Origin: a virus
Direction: 5' to 3' (one strand)
Length of the DNA: 64,000 nt
IMG/VR virus record: IMGVR_UViG_3300025274_001348
Location: 1-64,000 of that record
Below are positions 23,083 through 31,832 of the stretch, one piece after another. The notes beneath the pieces are model-generated. The model was not told the origin of the DNA. It saw only the letters and a program-made list of their open reading frames with translations, and made no database searches. The number at the start of each line of letters is the position of its first letter. Position 1 is the stretch's first letter. The position numbers and the translations under genes are program-made.

Positions 23083-23316
23083 TTGATGCTTATATACGAA
23101 TTAAAAGAGAAAGAGGGTGAATTGGACATAGAAACCCTAGCCTATCTAGGTAGCGAAAAAGGAGCCAATTTAGTCTTGACTCAAGGTGTATACCGTGGAC
23201 CGACAGTGGTCGCCCATAGTTCTATTACTCTAAAACCAATGGAGTGCGCAAAAATTGTGACCGTGCTTTCACAAATTGAAATAGGAAAATTTTTGAAGGA
23301 CTACAAAGCTAAATAA
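23083..23316 (+). CDS. hypothetical protein
   Basis: ORF. Confidence 0.55.
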   Translation: MMLIYELKEKEGELDIETLAYLGSEKGANLVLTQGVYRGPTVVAHSSITLKPMECAKIVTVLSQIEIGKFLKDYKAK

Positions 23317-23326
23317 GGAAATAACC

Positions 23327-23644
23327 ATGATGGGTTTAGAAAAACGTCCAGTAAAACAAAAACAACCAATGCATCAAAAGGTCGATCCTATGGGTCCACC
23401 ATCAGAAGAATTAAAAGAAGCTATCGAGCATAAGGTCTTAAAAAGACTGGGAAAGCCACCGGGCTTTCACAATATTGTAGCAAGACATCTATGGGATAAC
23501 AAATGGCGAGTTAACATCTGGGTTAAATTTTACAACAGCACTGATAAGGTGGTTCCCGGTTTCTCTATAACAGATTCGTTCTTTGTTGAAGTGTCTAAGA
23601 CCAACAGGGTTTCTACCAGTCCGAAAATTGTGAAAAAATATTGA
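23327..23644 (+). CDS. hypothetical protein
   Basis: ORF with AAGGA RBS. Confidence 0.65.
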   Translation: MMGLEKRPVKQKQPMHQKVDPMGPPSEELKEAIEHKVLKRLGKPPGFHNIVARHLWDNKWRVNIWVKFYNSTDKVVPGFSITDSFFVEVSKTNRVSTSPKIVKKY

Positions 23645-23829
23645 GTTATTCCTATAATATCTCGGCCCGACCACTATAAGGAGAAGAACATGCCAACAAA
23701 AGAGGAGATGGCAAAGGCTTATGTCGAACAGATTAAGGTGAAAGTTACCGACCTGAATAAACAATTAGAGATGCTGCGTAGGCATCTCGAAGAATGTGAG
23801 GAAGAGTTTAACGAGAAGGAGAGTTCGGA

Positions 23830-24147
23830 ATGACAGAGACACAGTTTTTGATTGCGCTTTCACAGACAACAGGTGCGTACAAGTGGGGTCTGGAAGGTAA
23901 GACTATTGTTGGTACTGCTAGGAATGGTAAGACTCGCGGTAAGAAGTTTGACCCGATGACTGCTGTTTGTCGCTCAACTGGTAAGGGAACGTATGCTTCC
24001 ACCTGTAGGGGAAAGAAGCAAGCCGCTACCAAGTTGGGTCTGACGAGTACCTTTACGACAAATGTGTCAAGTGCTACTCAAGCAAAGTCTAACCGTGGAA
24101 ACTATCAGGTTCTTCGCGGTAAGATTCGCCAAGTTCTTGACGTTTAA
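23830..24147 (+). CDS. basic hypothetical protein
   Basis: AGGAG RBS. Confidence 0.7.
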   Translation: MTETQFLIALSQTTGAYKWGLEGKTIVGTARNGKTRGKKFDPMTAVCRSTGKGTYASTCRGKKQAATKLGLTSTFTTNVSSATQAKSNRGNYQVLRGKIRQVLDV

Positions 24148-24272
24148 TTTAACAGCACCGAAGATGGTGTAGGTGTTACACAGGTGCGTGAGGGAGGAAC
24201 CATCAAACCTCCACGATTAAAGTGGTAGTGAAACATACACCCGCCTGTTTTTTTATTTTTGAGGTGGATCAG

Positions 24273-25361
24273 TTGAAGTTTGAAGACGGAATTAAACTGG
24301 ATTTTGACGATGTTCTTATCAGACCGAAAAGATCCACCCTTAGTAGTCGGTCTGGGGTTGATATACAGAAGGTGTATGATTATCTTCACGCTCCAGTTAA
24401 AGAGGCTGTTGTTCCTATTGTAGCCGCTAACATGGACACGGTAGGGACTATGGCTATGTCTGAACAGTTGAGTCCGAATGGGATGCTAACCTGTTTACAT
24501 AAATACTACAGCGTAGACGAGCTAGTAAACTTCTTTGCTGAAGCACCCAGATTGGATACTTTTTATACACTGGGCATTAAACAGGAAGATGTCGAAAAAT
24601 TAATAGATGTTAACGATGAGCTTCCTCGTTTAGACGAGGGTGGTCTAGGAATACATAAGATATGTATTGATGTGGCAAACGGTTATCAAAAGGTGTTTGT
24701 TGACCATGTTAAACGCATAAGAAATATGTTTCCTGACACTATCATCATGGCAGGTAATGTGTGTACGCCAGAGATGGTGAGTGAGTTGCTTATCAGTGGT
24801 AAGGCCGATATAGTCAAAATAGGAATAGGACCGGGAAGCGTATGCACAACAAGAATGGTAACGGGTTGCGGTTATCCTCAGTTGTCGGCCATAATAGAGT
24901 GTGCGGATGCTGCGCATGGTTTAGGAGGACATATTTGCGCAGACGGAGGATGCAGAACTTCGGGAGATGTTGTCAAGGCATTCGCTGCCGGGGCCGATTT
25001 CGTTATGCTGGGGGGCATGTTGGCAGGGACAGACGAGTGTGAGGGAAAATGGGAAGAAGAATCTGAAATTCTTAAGAATGACAAAGGTGGATACACTGTA
25101 AGTGGTAAAAGAGTGAAGAAATCTTTACGCTTTTATGGGATGTCTAGCGAGGAGGCTATGGATGCTCATAATGGTGGAGTTGGAACCTACAGAACTTCGG
25201 AAGGTAAATCTGAATCAGTAGTCTATAAAGGTCCGGTCATGGGTGTCATTCAGGAGGTTACGGGGGGCCTAAGAAGTGCTTGTGCCTATGTAGGAGCAAA
25301 CTCTCTCAAAGACTTCCCAAGGTGTGCAACTTTCGTCAGAACAAATAGGGTTCACTACTAA
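24273..25361 (+). CDS. guaC: GMP reductase
   Basis: KLDFDDVLIRPKRSTLSSRS, AANMDTVG, GIGPGSVCTTR, FYGMSS; TTG start after GAGGT. Confidence 0.92.
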   Translation: MKFEDGIKLDFDDVLIRPKRSTLSSRSGVDIQKVYDYLHAPVKEAVVPIVAANMDTVGTMAMSEQLSPNGMLTCLHKYYSVDELVNFFAEAPRLDTFYTLGIKQEDVEKLIDVNDELPRLDEGGLGIHKICIDVANGYQKVFVDHVKRIRNMFPDTIIMAGNVCTPEMVSELLISGKADIVKIGIGPGSVCTTRMVTGCGYPQLSAIIECADAAHGLGGHICADGGCRTSGDVVKAFAAGADFVMLGGMLAGTDECEGKWEEESEILKNDKGGYTVSGKRVKKSLRFYGMSSEEAMDAHNGGVGTYRTSEGKSESVVYKGPVMGVIQEVTGGLRSACAYVGANSLKDFPRCATFVRTNRVHY

Positions 25362-26335
25362 TGCAAAACACTATAGACAAACTGGCCGAATACGGTAAGG
25401 GTATTTTGGCAGCAGATGAAAGCATCCCAACGATTGAAAAAAGGTTAAGCTCGGTTGGGATAGATTCTACACCGAGTACGAGACACAACTACAGGCACAC
25501 GTTATTTTCCACTGACGGATTAGAAGACTACATCAGTGGTGTTATCCTGTATGACGAAACCCTGCGAAGCGCCGTTGATGGTGAGCCTACTGTCGCCCCT
25601 CTTAGAGAAAAGGGGATAGCTTTAGGTATCAAGGTGGACAAGGGAGCGAAACCCTATACGGATGGCGGGTTCTTAACGGAGGGGTTAGATGGACTCACAG
25701 AAAGACTCAGAGACTATAAAGACTTGGGGGCCGAATTCGCTAAGTGGCGTGCTGTTATTAATATTGGTGATAGCGGTTCTTGCATCCTTGCAAACGCTTG
25801 GCATCTTGCGAGATATGCTAAAAAGTGCCAACTTGAAAACATGGTTCCCATTGTAGAACCAGAAGTTATTATGGATGGCACACACACAATATATGATTCT
25901 ATCAGAATAACTGAAAGAGTTTTACATCATGTGTTCGATGCTATGTTCTACGAGAAGGTTGAACTGGAGTATATGATTCTAAAGCCAAATATGATTTTAC
26001 ATGGATATAAGTATGCTAGCAGCATTAGCAGTGATGAAGTAGCTGAACTAACAGTTAGCTCTCTTAGACGAGCAGTTCCAGCAGCAGTACCCATGATTGC
26101 TTTTTTAAGTGGTGGTCAAATTGACGGAATGGCTGTGGAAAATCTTAATGCTATAAATGGATGTATTTCTCTTCCTTGGTACACATCATTTTCATTTGGC
26201 AGAGAATTACAACAAAACTCTTTAAGACTTTGGGCCGAAGGGAAAAGGGAAGATGCACAGAACGCTTTGTTGGAAAGAGCTAATCAATGCAGTCTAGCAA
26301 CACAAGGCGAGCTTCATGGGACGGTTAATATATAA
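25361..26335 (+). CDS. fructose-bisphosphate aldolase class I
   Basis: GILAADES, GIKVDKG, FAKWR, VPIVEPE, LKPNM, FLSGGQ, SFGR. Confidence 0.92.
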   Translation: MQNTIDKLAEYGKGILAADESIPTIEKRLSSVGIDSTPSTRHNYRHTLFSTDGLEDYISGVILYDETLRSAVDGEPTVAPLREKGIALGIKVDKGAKPYTDGGFLTEGLDGLTERLRDYKDLGAEFAKWRAVINIGDSGSCILANAWHLARYAKKCQLENMVPIVEPEVIMDGTHTIYDSIRITERVLHHVFDAMFYEKVELEYMILKPNMILHGYKYASSISSDEVAELTVSSLRRAVPAAVPMIAFLSGGQIDGMAVENLNAINGCISLPWYTSFSFGRELQQNSLRLWAEGKREDAQNALLERANQCSLATQGELHGTVNI

Positions 26336-26513
26336 GTGTGATGAAGGCATGGGCAGTTTCCATTGGGAGACAAAGGCTTTTATCTCTGAAGGAAATAAAG
26401 AAGTGTCTTTTGTTCAGACATGGTTTGACGATACGAAAGTTATAAGCAAACAGAGTGTAATAATGACAACCGATGAGCTACGGAACATAATACGTCGAAT
26501 AGAAAAGGCGTAA
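26316..26513 (+). CDS. hypothetical protein
   Basis: ORF. Confidence 0.5.
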   Translation: MGRLIYKCDEGMGSFHWETKAFISEGNKEVSFVQTWFDDTKVISKQSVIMTTDELRNIIRRIEKA

Positions 26514-26518
26514 TAAAT

Positions 26519-26590
26519 GCCCCCGTAGTTCAATGGTTAGAACGCCGTTCTTATAAAGCGGTAACGATAGTTCGACTCTATCCGGGGGTA
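26519..26590 (+). tRNA. tRNA-Ile(TAT)
   Basis: GCCCCCG/CGGGGGT acceptor, GTTC/GAAC D stem, CCGTT-CTTATAA-AGCGG anticodon arm, GATAG-TTCGACT-CTATC T arm. Confidence 0.9.
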
Positions 26591-26651
26591 CTTAATCTGT
26601 TGGAAAGATGTCTCAGTAAAAACACCACGATTAAGATTAGCAGGATTTAAA

Positions 26652-27689
26652 ATGTCAAAGAACAATAGCGAATTTTATTCAAGCCTTATATCCAAGGCGA
26701 CAATGCGGTCAGCCAATACGGATACCCCAAAAACTGTTGCTGTTCTTGGAGCAGGTGCTATGGGAATGGGTATTGCTTTTGCTTTGGCTAACAAAGCATC
26801 CATTAACGTCAACCTATATGATATAGATGTCGGCCAATTTAAGTTGGCTAAAGATATTCCATTAATCAGAACCACAACCGATCTGTCAGAGGCGATTGAA
26901 TCTTCCGATCTCGTTATAGAGGCAGTTCCAGAGGTTCTCTCATTAAAGAGAGAAGTTGTCTCCAAGTGTGTAGATCAGTTCGTTGCTACAAACACTTCAA
27001 CATTTAAAGTAGAAGACATATCATCCAGAAGCAATTTTGGAGGAATGCACTTCTTTAATCCTGTCTCTAAAATGCCTCTCGTTGAGGTAGTTTCAGGACC
27101 ATCTACCTCAGAAGAAACTATAGCTATTCTATGTAAGACATCCTTAGCCATGGGAAAAATACCACTGATTTGCAATGACTGTAGTGGATTTGTAGTCAAT
27201 CGTATGTTGATGCCATATTTGATTGAGTTTGATAAGATGGTCTCAGAAGGCCATGACTATTCTCATATAGATACGGTTATGAGAAATCATGGATGGCCTA
27301 TGGGTCCAGCAGAACTCTGTGATCTTGTTGGCCTTGATGTTATCTACCACGGGTCTCAAAGCATAGCAGAAGCATACGATCATATAACTGTTTCTGATAA
27401 TAGCGTATGCCATCAACTATACAAAAATAAAGACTTCGGAAGAAAGTCGCATAGAGGATTTTATAGCTACGATGTCATATCAGGTAAAAAAGCTGGTAGA
27501 TTCTCTGTGCCGGGAGAGACTAGGGAATCATCTCATGTAATTGCAGACAGGCTTGTCTCTCCCATGCTTAATGAGGCCAGAATGCTCCTTGACGAGAATA
27601 TAGTTGATAGTGTCGAAGAGATAGATGTGGCATTAGCTTTAGGGGCGGGACTTCCGCCGTTTATTACAACTGTGGCGGAAATGACATAA
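26652..27689 (+). CDS. 3-hydroxyacyl-CoA dehydrogenase (C-terminal half of FadB/FadJ-type enzyme)
   Basis: GAGAMG.GIA, VIEAVPE, ATNTST, GMHFFNP, GFVVNR, PMGP…D.VGLD. Confidence 0.9.
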   Translation: MSKNNSEFYSSLISKATMRSANTDTPKTVAVLGAGAMGMGIAFALANKASINVNLYDIDVGQFKLAKDIPLIRTTTDLSEAIESSDLVIEAVPEVLSLKREVVSKCVDQFVATNTSTFKVEDISSRSNFGGMHFFNPVSKMPLVEVVSGPSTSEETIAILCKTSLAMGKIPLICNDCSGFVVNRMLMPYLIEFDKMVSEGHDYSHIDTVMRNHGWPMGPAELCDLVGLDVIYHGSQSIAEAYDHITVSDNSVCHQLYKNKDFGRKSHRGFYSYDVISGKKAGRFSVPGETRESSHVIADRLVSPMLNEARMLLDENIVDSVEEIDVALALGAGLPPFITTVAEMT

Positions 27690-27703
27690 GTGTTTAACAA
27701 TAA

Positions 27704-28038
27704 GGGGGCGATTGGCTTCGACTGGTAGTGGAGATAATAGTTGCATGGAGTGGTTGGTCAGTTGGCCACTATAAAAGCTGACCAAAAAGTAATTGCCGAA
27801 AAGCAATTCGCGTTGGCTGCCTAGAGTAGTCAGGGGTTGCACAAACCTTTTTATCCAATTGTGCTGACTCCGATAATCGGATAGGGATGGCTAACCCAAA
27901 AATAACGCCTGATGACCATAATGGTCTGATGATGGTCAATCCATCTAGTTTTGTCTGCTGTGCGATAACAACAGACTAACCATGTAGAAGTTATTGTTTA
28001 AGCTATACAGGACGCGGGTTCGATTCCCGCCGCCTCCA
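27704..28038 (+). ncRNA. ssrA: tmRNA; tag peptide (A)AEKQFALAA at 27795-27824
   Basis: GGGGGCG/CGCCTCC acceptor with G3.U70, TTCGAC D-loop, GGAC-GCGGG-TTCGATT-CCCGC T arm, tag ending ALAA*. Confidence 0.93.
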
Positions 28039-28057
28039 TTTTACATTGGGAGAAAGT

Positions 28058-28543
28058 ATGAATAAAACTATAGCGATTAGTGGCGGGTTTGATCCCGTAC
28101 ACATCGGTCATTTGAATATGATTAAAGGCGCTGCACAAGAAGGCAGTGTTATTGTTATTCTGAACAGTGACGCATGGCTACAACAAAAAAAGGGATATGT
28201 GTTTATGCCCTTTGAAGAAAGAAAGGCAATCTTAGAGGCATTTAGTGACGTTCACCATGTTATTGAGGTTGATGACTCTGACGGTACTGTATGTGAGGCT
28301 TTAGACCAACTACGCCCATGCTACTTCGGAAACGGGGGAGATAGAGTCTCTGATAATGTTCCAGAAGTAAAGTTCTGTAAAAGATATGGCATCGGGCTGA
28401 GATGGAATCTTGGTGGGAATAAAATACAGAGCAGCAGCGAATTAGTTACACATGCTAGGGATTATGACCACAAAGACAGAGAGTTAAAACAGCATAATGA
28501 TCCAAGTGATCCGTTTGAATTAGAGTTGGGAGGTTCAGGTTGA
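28058..28543 (+). CDS. cytidylyltransferase-like (HIGH) nucleotidyltransferase
   Basis: SGGFDPVHIGH, NGGDR, SSSELV. Confidence 0.85.
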   Translation: MNKTIAISGGFDPVHIGHLNMIKGAAQEGSVIVILNSDAWLQQKKGYVFMPFEERKAILEAFSDVHHVIEVDDSDGTVCEALDQLRPCYFGNGGDRVSDNVPEVKFCKRYGIGLRWNLGGNKIQSSSELVTHARDYDHKDRELKQHNDPSDPFELELGGSG

Positions 28544-28737
28544 TGTCTAAGGAACGAAAGAAGCTACAGAAAAAAAAGAAGCGAGAAACGAGAGCTAAAG
28601 AGAAAGTCGTAAGAAAAAGAGGTGAGCTAAGAGAATCAAAAAGAATAGAGAAAGAGATTGAGAAAATTCAGTGGGAGGCTAGAGAAAGACTAACCCCCTA
28701 TAGGAATCCTAAAAATGATAAATCAGAAGAACATTGA
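28543..28737 (+). CDS. highly basic small protein
   Basis: K/R-rich ORF. Confidence 0.55.
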   Translation: MSKERKKLQKKKKRETRAKEKVVRKRGELRESKRIEKEIEKIQWEARERLTPYRNPKNDKSEEH

Positions 28738-29143
28738 TAAGTCTGTCCAAATAGCCTGTCAACTTTTTCCTGAGCGATATGAGAATACACAAAGCTGTAA
28801 GGCTTTTCATTTTGCTTTTCTGTGGAAAAAGAACAGGCTTATTTCTATTGGCCAGAACTATGCAGATAAGCCGTGCGCTAAAGCATTATACTTTGCGAAA
28901 AGATTTAATACAAAACGCCGCATTAAATATCCCTACATTCACGCTGAGATCAATGCGGTACAAAAGGTGTGGGGAAAATCCCAGATAGATAATTCGTTCA
29001 GCTTGGTTTCTCTCAGAGTGTCTAGAGATTGTGTTTTAAGAAACGCCAAGCCTTGTAAAGATTGTCAAACCGTATTGTCTGCTATCGGAGTAGGTGACAT
29101 TTGGTGGTCGAATAAAATTGGAGAGGTTGTATGTGTGGAATAA
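28715..29143 (+). CDS. cytidine/dCMP deaminase-like protein
   Basis: HAE…PCxxC Zn motif. Confidence 0.75.
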   Translation: MINQKNIDKSVQIACQLFPERYENTQSCKAFHFAFLWKKNRLISIGQNYADKPCAKALYFAKRFNTKRRIKYPYIHAEINAVQKVWGKSQIDNSFSLVSLRVSRDCVLRNAKPCKDCQTVLSAIGVGDIWWSNKIGEVVCVE

Positions 29144-30915
29144 TAGGATGTATTGGAACAGATACTATAGACACAGTAATCACAGGCATGAGGCGAATGG
29201 AATACCGTGGCTATGATAGCTATGGATTCTGTGCCTTCAAAAATGATTCCAAATTTCTCTACAAAGATGTTGGGCTGGTATCTAGAAATACAAATCTCAA
29301 TGGCTATTCCCATGCACTAAGGGGCTATACTTCTGCAATAGGTCATACCAGATGGGCAACTCATGGCGAGGTCACAAAAGAAAATGCTCATCCACAGTAT
29401 GACGAACAAGAAACTATATTTGTTGTTCACAATGGTACGGTAGATAATTCTCCATCTGATATGTTGGATACGCAGTATATAGTTCAGCAATTAAAACTAC
29501 GCCTTACCAAACACTGGATGACCGTCAAAAGCCCAGACCGTTTTACAGAACCCCTGCGAGAACAAGTCCCACTAACACCAGAAGACTATCTTCTCACGGT
29601 CAATGCAGTAACACAAAAACTAGAAGGTGATAATGCATTCCTAGTGTCCTTCTCAAGCCTGCCAGATTATATTTTCTGTGCCACCAAAGGCTCTAAGTCA
29701 CTGTTAGTTACAGATAATGGACACGTTAGCAGCGATTCGTATGCGATATCGGGCAAGGCGAAAGAGGCTCGAAGAATTAAGAACTCTGTGGTGTGCTTAT
29801 CTTCCAAGGGGATAATATCTAGTGTGAAACCGTTTAGCTCATCTGCGAAGATAGAAACAGTGCCAGAGCAACAGGAACATAAATTATCTGAGCCTCACTT
29901 CATGCTGCAAGAGATTAAAGAACAATACTCTCTTATGGAGGATATGGGTAATTATCCTATGTACCATCCTCCGTTTCGGCCAGAGAGATTAAACCTGATT
30001 GGGTGTGGAAGTAGCTACTATGCAGCTATGTGGGCAAAGGTTTGGTTTGAGACGATTGCAAGGATTCCCACTACCGTAACTTATGGAAGTGAAGCCTTCA
30101 ATCTCACTCTTAAAGACCCAAACGCAACCGACATCTACATAAGCCAAAGCGGAGAAACTAAAGATATTATTCGTGCATCCCGTGATGCTAAGTCAGACAG
30201 CGTTTTTGTAGTTACAAACAATATTAATTCCCACCTAGGAAATTCTTTCTTTCACACAATTGATATTGGCGCAAACATTGAACGAGGAGTTGCCGCTACT
30301 AAAACCTTTACTCTAACCTGTTATGCGCTATGGGAGCTTGCTTGGCACTGGTCATCTGAATCTGAAGAAAACGAACTTAAAGTGTTAGACTACCAAGACG
30401 CCCTAGCCGAAGGAATTAAGCATGTGCTTGATCGTGAACAAACCGTAGCGACTATTGCAAAGATGATAGCCCAGTATGACAACGCTCTATTCTTAGGTAG
30501 ACATTGGGACTACCCAATAGCCTTAGAGGGCGCACTTAAGTTAAAGGAAGTTAGTTACATTCACGCAGAGGGTATGCCAGCAGCAGAAATGAAGCATGGA
30601 CCCATCGCCTTGGTGGATGAAAAGACTCCAAGCATATTTACTGTTACCGGCTCTTTCGACATAGACACAATTATTTCTAACATGAGAGAGGTTAAATCCA
30701 GAAACGGAAAAGTGTTTGCTGTTGTTAGTCCTGTAAACTATGACAGAGTAAAAGAAGTTGCAGACTGGACTTTCCGAACATGCGATATTCACGGTGTGGC
30801 AATGCAGCCACTTGTAGCAAATGTTGTCCTACAGTTACTTGCGTATCACGTAGCTGTTGAAAAAGGACTTAACCCTGACCGCCCCCGTAACCTAGCCAAG
30901 AGTGTAACCGTATAA
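29131..30915 (+). CDS. glmS: glutamine-fructose-6-phosphate aminotransferase
   Basis: MCGI, EYRGYDS, GHTRWATHG, SQSGET, ALKLKE, PRNLAKSVTV. Confidence 0.95.
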   Translation: MCGIIGCIGTDTIDTVITGMRRMEYRGYDSYGFCAFKNDSKFLYKDVGLVSRNTNLNGYSHALRGYTSAIGHTRWATHGEVTKENAHPQYDEQETIFVVHNGTVDNSPSDMLDTQYIVQQLKLRLTKHWMTVKSPDRFTEPLREQVPLTPEDYLLTVNAVTQKLEGDNAFLVSFSSLPDYIFCATKGSKSLLVTDNGHVSSDSYAISGKAKEARRIKNSVVCLSSKGIISSVKPFSSSAKIETVPEQQEHKLSEPHFMLQEIKEQYSLMEDMGNYPMYHPPFRPERLNLIGCGSSYYAAMWAKVWFETIARIPTTVTYGSEAFNLTLKDPNATDIYISQSGETKDIIRASRDAKSDSVFVVTNNINSHLGNSFFHTIDIGANIERGVAATKTFTLTCYALWELAWHWSSESEENELKVLDYQDALAEGIKHVLDREQTVATIAKMIAQYDNALFLGRHWDYPIALEGALKLKEVSYIHAEGMPAAEMKHGPIALVDEKTPSIFTVTGSFDIDTIISNMREVKSRNGKVFAVVSPVNYDRVKEVADWTFRTCDIHGVAMQPLVANVVLQLLAYHVAVEKGLNPDRPRNLAKSVTV

Positions 30916-31172
30916 TGCCTAAATACTATGTAGAGACCGGAACCCTGCAAGAAATAGTGGAATCTAATACTCCTTTTGATGCCTGCGTGAGGGCTGTACG
31001 CAGGGCTACTAATGAATATCTGGAGGGTGGAGAGAATGTTACCTTGGGGGAATCGTTTATTGTTAACCAAAAGGGTTTCCCCTCCAATCGTGAACCCTTC
31101 GCTCTTGATACTGCAAATGACACTATGGTGTCTACGAGTCGTATTATAGAGGCTCTTGAAGATGGATCTTAA
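30915..31172 (+). CDS. hypothetical protein
   Basis: TAATG-coupled ORF. Confidence 0.6.
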   Translation: MPKYYVETGTLQEIVESNTPFDACVRAVRRATNEYLEGGENVTLGESFIVNQKGFPSNREPFALDTANDTMVSTSRIIEALEDGS

Positions 31173-31309
31173 CGGCAAAAGAGGCAAATTTGAAAGATGG
31201 CTAGATCTTCATAATCATAAGATGGAATTGATGAGAACATCGTTTTCATTTGTTGCAGCAATCACTGGTATATTGGTATTATTAAAGGTGTTCGGATTTA
31301 TGGACTAAA

Positions 31310-31395
31310 GCCCTGTTGCAGCCGACATGAGCCTTCTAAGCTCATCCCCTGAATGTGTCGGATGGAGGGGTAGGGTTCGATTCCCCAGCGGGGTA
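31310..31395 (+). tRNA. atypical tRNA-Arg(TCT): no D stem, long variable arm
   Basis: GCCCTGT/GCGGGGT acceptor, ATGAGC-CTTCTAA-GCTCAT arm, CCCCT/AGGGG variable arm, GGG-TTCGATT-CCC T arm. Confidence 0.65.
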
Positions 31396-31415
31396 CTCAT
31401 ATAAGGAGAGTTAAT

Positions 31416-31832
31416 ATGACAATGGGTGGAAGCGAAAAGAGATTAATAGTAGACTGCGACGGAGTTATAGCCGATAAAGACCACGGTGGTATATATGCGA
31501 ATGCTGGCCCCTTACAGCACGGTATCGACCAAGTAAATAAACTGTATGACATGGGATATGAAATCGTACTATATACAGCGAGATATGGAGATCGAGAAAA
31601 GGGTAACATAAATAGACAATATGAACGTGGATATGTAGAATGGGTGAAGTGGCTGAAGGATCACGGTGTTAAATATCACCACGCATTTATGGGCAAGATT
31701 GCTGGAGTTCTCTATATAGACGATAAGGCTGCTAGAGTCAACAGTGATAGTGAAGACGGGTGGGAAGACGTGTGGAAGGAAATAGATGACCTTACAGACA
31801 GAGATAGATACGGGAGGAAAATCGTGTCATGA
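31416..31832 (+). CDS. HAD-superfamily phosphatase (capsule biosynthesis phosphatase-like)
   Basis: VDCDGVI, YTAR, YIDDKA. Confidence 0.8.
   Translation: MTMGGSEKRLIVDCDGVIADKDHGGIYANAGPLQHGIDQVNKLYDMGYEIVLYTARYGDREKGNINRQYERGYVEWVKWLKDHGVKYHHAFMGKIAGVLYIDDKAARVNSDSEDGWEDVWKEIDDLTDRDRYGRKIVS

Noticed and set aside
29000-29131. glmS ribozyme upstream of glmS
   Set aside because: glmS overlaps the upstream deaminase gene, leaving no leader.
31333-31339. Amber-suppressor (CTA) reading of the atypical tRNA, or a recoded genome
   Set aside because: The 7-nt loop CTTCTAA centres on TCT; long genes are intact under code 11 and TAG, TGA and TAA all act as stops.
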